Below are positions 28,336 to 42,852 of a DNA stretch of 64,000 nt, in pieces. This DNA comes from the human T2T-CHM13v2.0 reference genome, Homo sapiens. How positions within the stretch are numbered: position 1 is the stretch's first letter; the number at the start of each line of letters is the position of its first letter. Under the pieces are notes generated by a model. It searched no databases. It was not told where the DNA came from and worked only from the letters and a program-made list of their open reading frames with translations. The DNA lies in the NCBI RefSeq assembly GCF_009914755.1, contig NC_060934.1; one strand, given 5' to 3'. A program made the translations under genes and the position numbers.

Positions 28336-30639
28336 TATACATATATATATATGAATTGATAAATATGCATAAATCTATTCATTCAAAGCATTATTGTATA
28401 AATTTGCTGTTATCCTTAATCTACATATGTTTGAAGTGTGATTTTGAGAGGGGTCAAAAGATACAAGTATAGTTTATTACTTGATAATCAGTAGTAGATC
28501 TTTGAGTTTAACCAAGGCAGGATTATTGTAGAAAAATATTCCCTTAACTAATATACCATGTATTGGTTTATTCAAAGTAAATTTTTGACAAACTTGTAAA
28601 TGTAGATCTTCATTCTCCATGTAATAAATTATATAGATCTATACTCCATTTCATATAAAAATAATGTTACTAACTCAACATTGCCACATGACATGTTTTG
28701 ATCTGTTTTTTAAAACAGCGATGATAAAATTGTGCTGAACTGTTCACATCCTTCTACCATGTCCCTATTCTATGTGTAGTTTTACAATGAGATATTATGT
28801 ACCTTCATCATATCTAGAGTTTCTCAATCTTGTTTATGAATAATTGGCAAAAGGAAATAGGCATAGTCTATATCTAATGAGGTATCTTCGGTATAGTGAA
28901 ACATTTCTTGGGTGTTTTAGAAGGAAAGAATGGTGAGGCTTTTGAACCTTATATTTAACATCTGCACTTGTGTATCTTTTGCAAGAATAGACTTTCAAAA
29001 TATCTTCTTCAACATTATCTAATGTAATATTTTATAAATTGTTTCATCTTTCAGTGAACTTAATGACACGTGCAATTTAAATTTCAGTATTGTCATAAAC
29101 TTAGCAAAAACATAGAAGCTTTATAGCCGCAAATTTGTTCATGATTACTAAATCCAACTTCAAGACACCTGAGAAAAAAACCTGACGGTCCAGTGTATGG
29201 TATATATATAGGTTTCAGGGAGTTACTATGAAAAAGTAACTTGTCTATTTAGGATGGAAGCTGAGTTTGCAAATTTGTTTAAGTTAGGCCCTTTATCTAT
29301 AAAGAGACCCACCTTCAAACTGGGTTAAATAAGTCATAATCAGAAGTCCCAGGTTGCAGTAGACGTCGAGTTTGGTTCTGTGCAGTGTCTCTGGCTCACG
29401 TTTTTTTATAACTTTGGATTACTTTGACAGTGTTCTTCTCTGTTTTGTTCTAAGACTAGTTTACTAACAGCGTGCTGGTAAAATGACGTAACTGTCCACT
29501 TTTGACATTAACAAACCATGATTACTGAAGGGAGAGCAGGCCACTAAATAATTTGTTCAAGTTCCTCCTTTACTAAATTCAAGACAACAGAGATTATCAT
29601 GTCATTGTATGGTGATTGTACACGAATTTCTAAAGATCATTCCGCAAGTTGGAAACATTTAAAATCCTTATGGAAAATGAATAAACCCAACATCTAATAT
29701 TGTTTCATGTCTCCTCCTTTGACCTCCAGCATATTACCTGCTCGAAATAGTCTGCCACCACCAAAAAGATTCAGAAGAGTCTATACTCTTGTTAATTCTA
29801 GATTTAGCTCAGGATTACATATCTGTCTTTAGCAAGGCTGGTACATGATCAATTCTCAATTCTTTTCATAATGAATCAATTTAGGGTAGAACATATTAAT
29901 ATCATCCTTAATTTGTCAGAAGGTATGTACCCTGCCTGTAAAATCTGAAATTCTTTCCATTTCTTTCCCCATGTCTTGGACCACTCCTTTCCTCTTATTG
30001 AGTTGACACCATTGTTCTAGGTCTTATCTTCTGCATGCACAAAAGATATTACCACTTTGAGCTACAGTCTATATTCTCCAGGAAAACATCTTTCTTTCTT
30101 CCTTCCCTATCCGATAAAGGAAGAAGTCACTTTCCATTCTTAACAGGACCATTATCTTTCTTCTTGGAAATCTAGGAAACTGTTGTTCCTGCTTTAAACT
30201 GGAAGTTAAAACATTTAATCTGAATTTTGTGAGGCCTCGTTTTTTTTAATAAAAAAAAAGCATAAGGATTTTTTCCTATGGCATAATTTAAAATAGTTAT
30301 ATAAACATGAAAATCAGTGTCAGAAAATAAAGAAAGCTGAGAAATGATACATAGCAGGTTGAGTAAAATAGAATTTTAAGTTTAGTATGTAGTTGAGTAA
30401 AAGCTCTAGAAAGAATGTTATCTGAAAATATTTTTAGAGTTAAATAATCATTTACAATACTACATTGCAAATGGTACCAATTCGCATATTATTTTAAAAT
30501 ACTGAGATATTTTATAAAAGCTATTCATAGCTTTTATCTGTGATGATATGACATTACAAAATTTCGGAAAATCACCCCTGATTATTACCAACCTTCTTTA
30601 AAGATCAGTGCTGTGGGACAGGGTGAAATGAGAACATCT

Positions 30640-30990
30640 CACAGTTACGTGCAGGTCAATCCAACATGTTGTGTATAAGATCTTACACAGACAGAGATTT
30701 AATATTAATTAAGACATAACCTCTGCCCTAAAGAAGATGGGGTCTAGCGGTGGAGACTAAAATATGCACAATTATCTGTAATGGAAAACAGTGTGTGAAT
30801 AGGCAAGGAAGACAGCAATTGCCAGAGGGTCAGCAAGTCAAAAACTAATCATGAAAGTAACACCTGAGATGGGGCTCAATACCTGATTAGCATTTCAGTA
30901 GGCAGAAATGGTGAAGGAAATTCCAAAATTAGAGAAATAATAAGTAAAACTAAATGGGTGAATATGTGCAATATATTACAGGAGATAAGA
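30640..30990 (-). mobile_element. L2 fragment
   Basis: ctctgccctaaagaagatggggtctagcggtggagac...cacctgagatggggctc antisense L2 3' motifs. Confidence 0.5.
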
Positions 30991-31170
30991 AATAATCTGG
31001 TAAAAATGAACTGTAGCCTACGTGGCATTCAAGTTAACTTGGGTCCAGACCTAAAAAGCCCTGCCTAGCCACGTCACACCATTTACTGAAACAACGGCGG
31101 AGCTGCGCTTTATGCATGTGTATTTTTAATCTAATTTTGCTTTGTGTTTTCTATAGAGAAAGAATTCAGA

Positions 31171-31542
<372 letters not shown>

Positions 31543-32914
31543 TCATGGGGAAAAATATCCATTTTACAGCTTTAATATGTTAATGAGCAAAGGCTATTGT
31601 TTCCCGGCCCTCAAACTCATTATCAAGGCTTTATTTTGTTTTTATAACATTTTTTCTTTAAAAATTTACAAAGATAATATACAAACACACCATTACAAAT
31701 AATGTAAGCAGTTGCCATGTGTATTGACAAATTTAAGACAATAACTTTACAACTAACTCATTCTCACTCCATCCCTAGAGATGAAAAAATGTTTGATATG
31801 TATTCTGAGAGTATATACAGTATATATTGTACAAACACATTTTCTTTATGTAAATGTATATGTAAATATACATTGTTTTGCACCTTGAAATTCTATTCAC
31901 CTAACAATGCTATTTCATTGCTCACTTTTCTGGTATTAAGCTTAAGAAATAAAGGGACTCATCTTGCCTTCCTCCCTTATTTCAGGGTTCATGTTACTGG
32001 TGTCAAAGGCCTAAATTTTTTTTCCCAGTATTATAGCTATTTATGATAAAAGGCAAGTCAAAGTCCCCCAGGAACTCTCTTTCCAGCTTTTCTTAAATAA
32101 AATTGACTATTTCTGCAACATAATCTGAATATCAGTAGTTTGAAGCCTAGCATATCACTAACTAAAATACTTTCAGATTAAAAAATTAATTGCATGTTAA
32201 AAGGCCAGGAACAGTACATGTTGTGGATGGAAACTCCTATTGTTCTTTATTTCATTCTTTTTTTCTGATTTTTCTTCACATCAACCCTTCCCCTATCAAG
32301 GTCATAAATTTAGAACCTCTCTTTTAGGTATGGCTAGCATGCAGAGTCCTCTAATTTTGCTAACAACTCTTAAATGCAATTTTCTTATCCTTTTTCAAAG
32401 TATTTTACATCTGAAATTCTCATCTACTCAGTTCTTCTCATAGAAGAGATTGGCGCTCTCCAGCTCAGGCAGAAGTTTTACCAGAAATGGGAGAAAATTC
32501 CAACACCAAATTGACTAAATCTCATTTATGGTGAAGAATCCCATTTGAGAAGCCTGCTGGGGCAGTGTAGAGATAGTCAGGCTTTACGGAAAAAACAGGA
32601 AAAATATTTATTACAAACTATTCAAGTTTTCCTATTATTTGTGATTTTACTACAGCAAAGAAAGATAAGTACTAGTGACAATATAGGTAATATACTCCGA
32701 GGGATGGGTGAGCTGAGAATGGAGTGAGAAAATAAAAACAGAACAGATAATTTGGAGCATTTCATTAATATGTACTGATTGTGCTGTACTGGGCTGGTAC
32801 CTAGAAAAATTATCTTTGAGAGACAGTCCATTTAAAGTAACATTCTCCTTTAATGGTTTGTATCTTAAATTCTAATTACCATTGTGACAAACTGGGACAT
32901 TAGTACATTTGTAT

Positions 32915-33654
32915 TAGTATTTTAAATTAGCATAATAATTGTACATATTTATAGAGTGTAATGTGATATTACAATTCATGTATACAATGTAATGATCAAA
33001 TCAGAGTAATTGGGATATCCATCACCTCAAGTATTTATCATGTCTTTGTGTTAAGAACATTCCAAATCTTTTCTAACTATTCAAAAGTGTACAATAAATT
33101 ATTAACTATAGTTATCCTACAATGCTATAGAACACTATAACTTACTCTTCCAAGTCTAGCTATAATTTTTTATCTTTTAACCAACTACTCTCTAACTGCT
33201 TTCCTGCCATCCACAGCCTCTAATAACCACTATTCTACTTTCTACTTCTATGGATCAACTTTTTTAGCTTCCACACATGAGTGAGAATATGCAGTATTTT
33301 TCTTTCTGTGCCTGACTTATTTCACATAACTTAATGTCTTCCAGGTTCATCCATGTTGCTGCAAATGACAGGATTTTATTCTTTTTTATGGCTACATGGT
33401 AGTCTGTTGCATATATACACCATTTTTTTTATTCATGTGTTGATAGACCTTTAGGTTGATCGTGTATCTGGGCTATTGTGAATAGTGTTGTAATAACCAT
33501 GATGGTGCAGATATCTCTTTGATATACTGATTTTCTTTCTTTTGGATATATACCCAGTAGTGGGGTTGTTGGATCATATAGTAGTTTTATTTGTAGTTTT
33601 TTGAGGAACTTCTATACTGTTTTTCATAATATCCATCCTAATTCACATTCACAC
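32915..33654 (-). mobile_element. L1MA (L1MA4/5-like) 3' end, antisense
   Basis: aataattgtacatattt...gatcaaatcagagtaattgggatatccatcacctcaa; ends at the rc of GTGGGAATGTAAATTAG. Confidence 0.9.
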
Positions 33655-34081
33655 TTAAATAAGACAAACTTGGTGAGCGGATTTGTTTTTCTAGGAAAAT
33701 GACACATAGGTAAAATAATGACAATTATTTGAAAATTAAGCTTTCAAATTTCTCAAACCCCATTTTGACCCCTGCAGTGACCTTTTACCTGTTGGGTCAT
33801 TGTGATTGAAGGCTTTTGGTTTTAAGAGTGCCAAATATCTTGGATGAGTGGGATTGGACTAGGTCAAGTTAAAATGCTACGTAAGTGTTTATTGCTATTC
33901 TTAAGGTCCTTCAGAGATTTACATTGATTAAATTCTCCTCAGATATGAAAAGCTTTGGCTAATTTCCAGGGTTCCAAAAAGTTGAATTTGATAAGTTTGC
34001 TGGTATTCTTATTGCTTTAACAGAGAAGAGGATTTTGGAAGTCCTTATTCTGTCATTCCTAATGATGTCACTTTTCACTTT
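33655..34081 (-). repeat. Inverted duplicate of 37033-37459 (L1M 5' region)
   Basis: Reverse complement aligns end to end with 37033-37459, including a 63-bp exact match (33882-33944 vs 37171-37233). Confidence 0.95.
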
Positions 34082-34844
34082 GACCTTCAAGGTATGCAGC
34101 AAGACAAATTTATTTGGTTCGGAATTATGCTAGTTTATTTATTCATTAATTTGCATATTTAACAATATTTGTTTTAAAAATATTTAATCTTGTACTTATT
34201 TATTCTTATTTTTCTAACATATAATTGGCTAATTAAATGTAGATGAGTATGAATGTATTTGTTTGTTTTTCTCAGTGCATAGGTGAGTTTCTAGGGGTAA
34301 ACTAGGAACTTGTAGAACAACTTTAGGCCCTACTAGTGTTATATAGCACAGAGTAGTTTAGAAGAATATACTTTTTATAACCTGGAATTTCACTGCATGT
34401 ATGAGTGGAAGTAAAACCATACATTTTACCCAAATGTAATTACAAAATATCTTTCTCATGTTTACATCCAGGAATAAATATGGCAAAAATTATTCATTTT
34501 TAAATTGAGTAAGATGGTCATTCAGGCATATCGTTGAATATATTTCTGTATGACATGCAATTTATTTTATCACTTTAAAAAGTCAATTGACCACTTTTAT
34601 ATTAGTCATACCTAGAAAGAGTTAGCTGCAGAGAAATACGAGATATTTAGTAAAGTGTTATACAGTAAAGCCAAAACACCCACCTCATAAAATATCTTAT
34701 GCAGTTGTCCAATTACAAAATAAAATTTTCTCACATTGTCCTTTCTTCTAGGTTGTTTTACAGTTACTAAATAGTTCAACTATTGGCCAGTAAATAACTA
34801 TTGGTAGATTCATTATTATATGCTACTATTTCTCTATGGAAGTG

Positions 34845-37032
34845 ATAACCCTATGTAACGACAGACTAAGAAAAAAGAGAAATGACTCATAAATAAAATC
34901 AGAAACAAAAAAGACATTCCAACTGAAACCACAGAAATACAAAGGACTGTTAGAGTCTATTATGAATAACTATGCACTAACAAATTAGAAAACATAGAGA
35001 AAATAGATAAATTCCTGAACACATAAAACTTACCAACATTGAACCAGAAATAAATAGAAAACCTGAACAGATCAATAGCAAGTAATGAGATTAAATCAGT
35101 AATAAACAGCCTCTCAATAAGACACAAGCCCAGAACTGAATGGCTTCACTGCTAAATTTCACCAGACTTCAAACAACAACCAATACCCCTGAGACCAAAA
35201 CCAGGTAAGAACATAACAATGTAAGGAAAGTGCAGGCTAACGTCCCAGATGAACAAAGATGCAAAAGTCCTCAAAAAATATTGCAAATCAATTCCAACAG
35301 TACATCAAAAAAATTATACCTATGATGAAGAGGGATTTATCCCAGGGATGCAAAGATGGATTGTACACATGAAAATAAATGAACATGATATATCACATCA
35401 ACAAAATGAAGGACAAAAACCATATGATTGCTCAACAGATGTAGGAAAAACAGTTGATAAAATTCAATATTCCTTTATTATAAAAACTCTCAACAATTAA
35501 GCTTGGAAGGAATGTAGCTCAACACAATAAAGGCCATAAATGAAAAACCCCAGTTAACATCTACTGAATGAGAAAAAGTTGAAAGCTTTTCCTGTAAGAA
35601 CTGGAATAAGAAAAGTTTGCCCTTGCCCATATTTACTGCTCTTATTTAACATGCTACTAGAAGTCCTGGCCAGAGCAATTAAGCAAGGGAATGAAATGAA
35701 GGGCATCCAAATGGGAAAGAAGGAAGTCAAATTGACCCTGTCTGCAGATAATATGACCTCATGTAGAGAAAAATCTAAAGATTCCACCAAAAACTCTTAG
35801 AGCTGATAAACAAATTCACTAACATAAAATCAACAAACAAAATAGGTAGCATTTCTATATACAAATAACAAACTAGCTTAAAAAATCAAGAAAGGGATTC
35901 CATTTATCATAGCTAATATAAAAAACCACCTAGGAATGAATTTATCCAAGGAGGTGAAAGATTTCTACAAGTAAATCTGAAAATCACTGATGAACAAAAC
36001 TGAACAGGACAGAAAAAAATGGAAAAATGTCATATGGTCATAGACTGGAAGAATTAATATTGCTGATAATACTATCCAAAGCAATAGGCAGATTCAGTGC
36101 AACACCAATCAAAATGCCAATGACATTGTTAACAGAAATATAAAAAAATCCTAAAATTTGTATGATACCACAAAAGTCCTCAAATAGCAGAAGCAATCAT
36201 GAACAAAAAAAATAAAGCTGGAGTCATCACACTGCCTGACTTCAAAATGTCATACAAAACTATAGGAATCAAAACAGTATGGTACTGGCATAAAAACAGA
36301 CACAGGTAACAATGGAACAGAATACAGAACCCAAAAATAAAGCCATGCATCTACAACCAACTAATTTTTGATAAAGTTGTCAACAATGTATGTTGAAGAA
36401 AGAACAGTGTCTTCAATAAATGATGATGGAACAACTAGATATCCATATACAGAAGAATGTAACTAGACCTCTAACTCTCAGACTTCTAACTCTCATGTAA
36501 GAGCAATTAAAAATGGATTAAAACTTAAATATAAGACTCAAATGTATGAAGCCACTAGAAGAAAATATAGGGGAAATGCTTCAGGATATTTGTCTGGGTA
36601 AAAATTTTATGAATAAGACCTCGAAAGCAGAAAACAAAAGCAAAAAAGACAAAGGGGATTACATCAAGTTGAAAAGCTTCTTCACAGCAAAGGAAACAGT
36701 CAACCAAATGAAAGGTAACATAGAGAATGAGAGAAAATATTTGCAAACTATTCATCTGACAAGGGATTGATACCCAGAATATACAAGGTACTCAAACAAC
36801 TCAACAATATAAAAACAAATAATGCAATTCAAAATGCACAAATGATCTAAATAGTTCTCAAAAGAAGATATAGCAAGTTTTTATTTTTTTAAAAAAGGCT
36901 AAACATCACTTATCAGCAGGGAAATGCAAAGCAAAACCATGAGATGTTATTTTATTTTTTATAATGGCTACTATAAAAAATACAAAAATAACAAATGCTG
37001 GTAATGACGCAGAAAAAAAGAAACTCTTATGT
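34845..37032 (+). mobile_element. L1MA ORF2 segment (RT domain to near C-terminus), sense, disrupted
   Basis: ORF track gives L1 RT remnants ([25 protein letters not shown]...[17 protein letters not shown]); multiple stops and frameshifts. Confidence 0.95.
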
Positions 37033-39659
37033 AAAGTGAAAAGTGACATTATCAGGAATGACAGAATAAGGACCTCCAAAAGTCCTCTTCTGCATAAAAA
37101 TGATAAGAACGTCAGTGAAATTATCAAAATCAACTTTTTGGATCCTTGGAAATTAGCCAAAGCTTTTCACATCTGAGGAGAATTTAATCAATGTAAATCT
37201 CTGAAGGACCTTAAGAATAGCAATAAACACTTAATGTAGCATTTTAACTTAACCTAGTCCAATCCCTCTCATCCAAGTTATTTGGCACTCTTAAAACCAA
37301 CAGCCTTCAATCACAGTGACTCAGCAGGTAAACAGTCACTGCAAGGATCAAAATGGGGTTTGAGAAGTTTCAAAGCTTAATTTTCAGATAAGTATCATTA
37401 TTTTACTTATGTAGCATTTTCCTAGAGAAAAATACACTCACAAGGTTTGTCTTTGCTTACATAACTTGCAGCTCACCCTGTGCTAACATTTTCCTTGAGT
37501 CATTTGTCAATGGAAATCAATGACAGTTGTTTAGCATTATCATTTAAATGTTAAATTAAGGTTGTTATTTAAAATATGGCAAAATGTAAACTAATTCAAA
37601 AAGTTAAAATAAATAGCCAAGAAATAAAATTTTGGAGGGGCTTTGAAAACCTCTGGCATATTTCTGTTAATTTTGAAGGTGGTGCACATATGTAGGCTTA
37701 AGTATATGATGAGGGCTGTGTGCACATTAAGAAAACACCTAAGTTCTCATTTCTGGCTGAACTTGAGGCCCTGTACAAATAGAAATTGAAAGTTAAGGCA
37801 AAGTTTTGGGCTGGCCCTTGAAATTAACTAAAGGATTTCAAAAACCTTGGAATTTTTTTTCAAGAAAAATGTTTAGTTGTAGATAAGAACAGAGAGAATA
37901 ACAGCTTCACTGAACATTGAAGGTATGCCCCAATACATACCTACCTCCTTTGCAGAGAATGAGAAACGCTGGTTGCAGGTATTTAAGAAAATCTCTTTAA
38001 CTGACCACTCATTAATCAACCACTAAGCTAACTGAATAGAGATTTTTAGCAGACCCACATGAGAATGAATACAGATTTTAAAAATGACTTGTCACAAAAT
38101 AAATATTAACAATGACAACAAATAACTATAAAAAGAAACAACAACAAAACCTAAGGATGGGAGATAATCTGTATTTCAGAGTTGGAACACTATATATTAT
38201 ATGAAATGTCAAGTCTTCAATTTAAAAATCATGACATGAAAGGAATACAAAAAAAAGTCCCATACAAAAAAGAAAGACAACAAGAAATGGCCCTTAAAGA
38301 TTCACAATTTTTGATCATTAGTCAAAACTTTAAAATCACCTATTTTCAATATTTTCAAAGAAATAAGCCACATTTAAAGAACTAAAGGAAAGTATACAAA
38401 TGATGTTTCATCAAAGAGAGAATAATGATAAAAAGATAGAAATAAAAAAGAATGAAATAAAAACTGTGAAGTTGGAAAATATAGTATTTGATAGAAAAAA
38501 ATCACAGAGAAGCTCAACTAAAGATTTGGGCTGGCAGAAGAATGCATCTGATAACTTGAGAGGGATGAATTGAGATTAGCCATTATAATGAACAGAAAAG
38601 TGAATGAAGGAAAATAAACAGATCCCAAGGACCATAAGAAACGTTATTATGCATATCAATTTATACATAATGAGAACCCTGAAAGAAGAGGAAAAAGAGA
38701 TGTAGGGTAAGAAACAATATTTGATGAAATAATGATTTAAAAAATTCCCAACTTTCATGAAAACCATTCATCTGTACATCCAAGAATCTCAGTGAACTGC
38801 AAGTGGGATGAATTCAAAAAGATCTAAATCTTCACACATCATAACAAAACTTTCAAAAGCTAAAGAGGGTATCTTGAAAACAGCAAAACAGAAACAACTC
38901 ATTATTTACAATGCGCAGAAAAAAAAGTCTGACAATCAACAGTTCTACTAATATATGAATAGAAGTTAATCCTTCAAAAATAAAGAGTTTTTCAGATAAA
39001 CAAAAAGTAAAATAATGTACTACTAGCAGACCTGCCCTACAAGAAAAAATGCTAAAGAGAGTCGTTTCGGTTGACATGAAAAAACACTAGAGAGTAAATC
39101 AAATTCATGTGAAGCAATAAAGATTACAAGTAAAAGTAACTAGATAGATAAATATTAAAAAAATATATTTTTGTTTGTAATTGTTTGTATCCCATATCTT
39201 CAAGACAACTACACAAAGCAATAATGATCACTGTTTATTTCTATAAACTCGCAATGAACAATACAAAAATGAAATTAAGAAAACAATTTCATTTATAATA
39301 GCTTATAAAGAAAAATTATATATCAATAAATTTAAATCAATGCAAAACTTGTATACACAATACTACAAAATAACATTTTGATAAATAAAATAAATGTAAT
39401 TATAAAAAGTAAAATAAATTGAATGATATCCTTCATTTCTGGATCAGAACACTTAATATTATTGAGGTGGTAATTACTCCCCACATTGATCTGCATATTT
39501 AATTAATCCCCTTCAAAAGCACATAAAGCATTTTTGTGGAAATCAATAAATTGATTCTAAAATTCATATAGAAATGTTAGAGACACAGAAGAGCCAAAAG
39601 AACCTTGAGGAAGAAAAAGCTGTAGGACTCACGGATTCTGATTTTAATGCTTGCTAAAA

Positions 39660-39995
39660 AAAAAAAAAAATCAAAAACACAGAAACAGAGAATAAAAAGT
39701 GGTTAAGGAGGTGGGGATGAGGAAAAAATGGGGAGATAAAGGTCAAAGGATACAAAATAGCAGATATGTAGAATGAGCAAGTTTAGAAACATTGTACATA
39801 GTGAGGTCTCTACTTAATAGTATTATACTGTATTCAGGACTTTTGCTAAAAGAGTAGATTTTGGGCACTCCTGCCATGTACATACAAAATAGGTAACTGT
39901 GTACAATGATGAATATGTTAATTTACTTGACTTTAGTAATCATTTCACTATATGTATCTCAAAACATCATGTTGTACACTTCAAATATATAAAAC
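39660..39995 (+). mobile_element. L1MA8/9-like 3' end nested in older L1
   Basis: ggtcaaaggatacaaaatagcagatatgtagaatgagcaag...aaacatcatgttgtacac. Confidence 0.8.
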
Positions 39996-40059
39996 TGAAG
40001 GTATAATATATAAAACATAAAGCTTCCTAGGAAGTTACAGTAATTAAGATGTGTGCTAC

Positions 40060-40270
40060 TAGCATAAGTTATATGAAATATAACTTATATGATATGTTAT
40101 ATATATCATATATCAATGTAACTTGTAAGTTATCAATATAATTTTTATGATATATAGAAGTTATATAGCTTATGTGACATATGTAATGTATATATAACAC
40201 ATAACTTATATGTTATATATAACTTAACTGCACTGTATGTATGAAAAAATGAATATTGATATATATATAA
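40060..40270. repeat. (TA)-rich low-complexity tract
   Basis: Degenerate TA / ataagttata / ataacttata repeats. Confidence 0.8.
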
Positions 40271-40511
40271 AATAATTGGGACTCGGGATCTCTCATATTT
40301 ATGGGCAATTATACAAAAACACTGCCAAGATAATACAACGGGGACAAAGAACAGTCTTTCCAAAAATGGCGCTGAGACAACTATTTATCCACATGGAAAA
40401 GAATTGGAACCCTTATCTTATGGCATGTACAAAAATTATCTAAAATTACATCAAGTTCCTAAATGTGAACACTCAAACAGTAAAACTCTTAAAAGAAAAC
40501 AGTGTATTTTC

Positions 40512-41155
40512 TTTCTTAAAATTTTTATTTTATTTTACTGTAAGTTCTGGGATACATGTGCAGAACGTGCAGGTTTGTTACAAAGGTGTACATGTGCCAT
40601 GGTGGTTTGCTGCACCCATCAACCCATCATCTAGGTTTTAAGCCCCACATGCATTAGGTATTTGTCCTAATGCTCTCCCTCCTCTTGCCTCCTATCCCCC
40701 GATAGGCCCTGGTGTGTGATGTTCCCCTCCCTATATGTGTTCTCATTGTTCAACTCCCACATATGAATGAGAACATGAGGTGTTTTGTTTTCTGTTCCTT
40801 TGTTAGTTTGCTGAGAATGATGATTTCCAGCTTCAACCATGTCCCTGCAAAAGACATGAACTCATTCTTTTTTATGGCTGCATAGTATTCCAGTATGTGT
40901 GCCACATTTTCTTTATCCATTTTATCTCTGATGGGCATTTGGGTTGGTTCCAAGTCTTTGCTATTGTAAATAGTACTGCAATAAACATATGTGTGCATAT
41001 GTCTTTATAGTATAATGATTTATAATAGTTATACCTATTATAAATAGATTACTGGGTATATACCAAACTGGGTATATACCCAGTAATCTCCAAAGTAGTT
41101 GGATTGCTGGGTCAAATGGTATTTCTGGTTCTAGGTCCTTGAGGAATCCCCACAT
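40512..41155 (-). mobile_element. L1PA8-like 5'-truncated element
   Basis: aagttctgggatacatgtgcagaacgtgcagg...ttttaagccccacatgcattagg; TSD gaaaacagtgtat (40495 / 41156). Confidence 0.92.
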
Positions 41156-42852
41156 GAAAACAGTGTATGTTTTCATGACCTTGGACAAGGCAATGGTTTC
41201 TTAGATATAGTGTCTTAACCACAAGCAACAAAAGAAACAAAATTTTAACATCAAAATTGACAATTTTGGGGCTTCTTTGAAGAAGCACAATATGGTACTA
41301 TCAACAGAGTGAAAATACAATCCACAGAATATGAGAAAACATTTATGTGATATAGCTGTTAAGAATCTATTACCCAGAATACATAAAGAACTTTTCTAAT
41401 TCACTCATACATGACAAATAATCCAATTAAAAAGTCAGTAATGGAAAAATAAGCAAAAGTTTTTAATAGATAGTTCTCAAGAGAAAATACACAAATGACC
41501 AATAAGCACATAAAAATAAACACTGCTCAACATCAGTGGTTATTAGGGAAATGCAAATCAAAACCACAATGAGATACTTCCTCACACCCACTAGGATGGC
41601 TATAATCAGAAAGACAAACAAGAGCAAGTATTGCCATGGATGTGGATAAATCACAACCCTTACATGTTACTGATGGGAATAAAAAATGGTGTCGCTGCTA
41701 TGGAAAACAGCCTAGTAGTTTTTCCAAAATTAAACATTAGTTACCATATAAGCTGCAATCTCCTAGCGAGATATCAAAGAGAATTAAAAGCATGAGTCCA
41801 CACACAAACCTGTATAGGGATGTTCACAGCAGAATTATTTAAAAAGTCAAAATGTGGAAATAACCTAAATGTCCATCAGCTGTGTTCATTAACAAAATTT
41901 GATATTTCCATATGATAGAATACAGTTCAGTCAAAAGAAGAATAAAGCACTAATACAGGTTACAACATGGAACAGTGATGCACACAACGTGGATACGTAC
42001 ATATATACAACATACAAAGAACATGGGTGATCAGTGAAAACATTATTATAAGTGTTAAAATCCAGGCACAAAATGTCTCATCTTGTATAATTCAAATTAT
42101 GAAAAAAAGATTTAGAATAGGCAACTGCATAGAGAATGGAAGCAGGTTAGTAGTTTACAGGGCCTGAGGGACATGGAAATTGGTAGTGAACGCTAGTGAG
42201 TAAGGAGCTGCTTTTTGGGGCAATGAAAGACTTCTGCAATTAGGTAATAAAGATGTTTGTACCACTTTGTAATTATAATAAAATGATTGAATTATCCATT
42301 TTAAAGGGGTGAATACTATTATACATACATCATATCTCAATAATAATTATTTTTTTGTAAAAATAGTCAATGATGCTTTTTTAAACTTGAATTTATTTCC
42401 AACAACTATATACTCAAATGAATACCTGAATCTGGCCTCTGTAAAAGGAAAAGAGAATTTTAAGTGCTTTAAGAGACTCAGGGAGAAGGAGCAATGAAAA
42501 CAGAAGTGTCTTGGTCCTCCTTTCACGTAGATGTAGAAAAAAATAATGTGTACTTAAAAGTAGAGGACAATGTTAAGGGTTCTTTATTTCCCGGTGGTAT
42601 CCTGTAGTTCACAAATGCTCCTTTCTCCTAAGTGTCTTACAAGGGAGAGAAATCGAAACTCAACAAACCAGCTTATGAGCAGAAAACGCTGTCTAAGTGA
42701 GTAAATTATTAAAGACTGTCTGTGGAATCCTTTCTAAATGTCATTAATAGATTAATGGATGAATATGCACCTAATTTGTTTACTTGTCGAAATGCATCAC
42801 ATTTAATTCAGAAAATCTGAAACCATAGTAGAAGGAAATTAAGAATATTGCA

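Larger units (their letters stand above)
37033..42350 (+). mobile_element. Old L1MB/MC-type element (5' region, ORF1 remnant, internally deleted ORF2, 3'UTR) with nested insertions
   Basis: ORF1-like tract ~38300-39100; jump into ORF2 at ~39230; 3'UTR ending atatctcaataa. Confidence 0.8.

Noticed and set aside
35249-36770. ORFs with reverse-transcriptase-like peptides
   Set aside because: Short remnants of a dead L1 ORF2 with many stops and frameshifts; not a novel RT system
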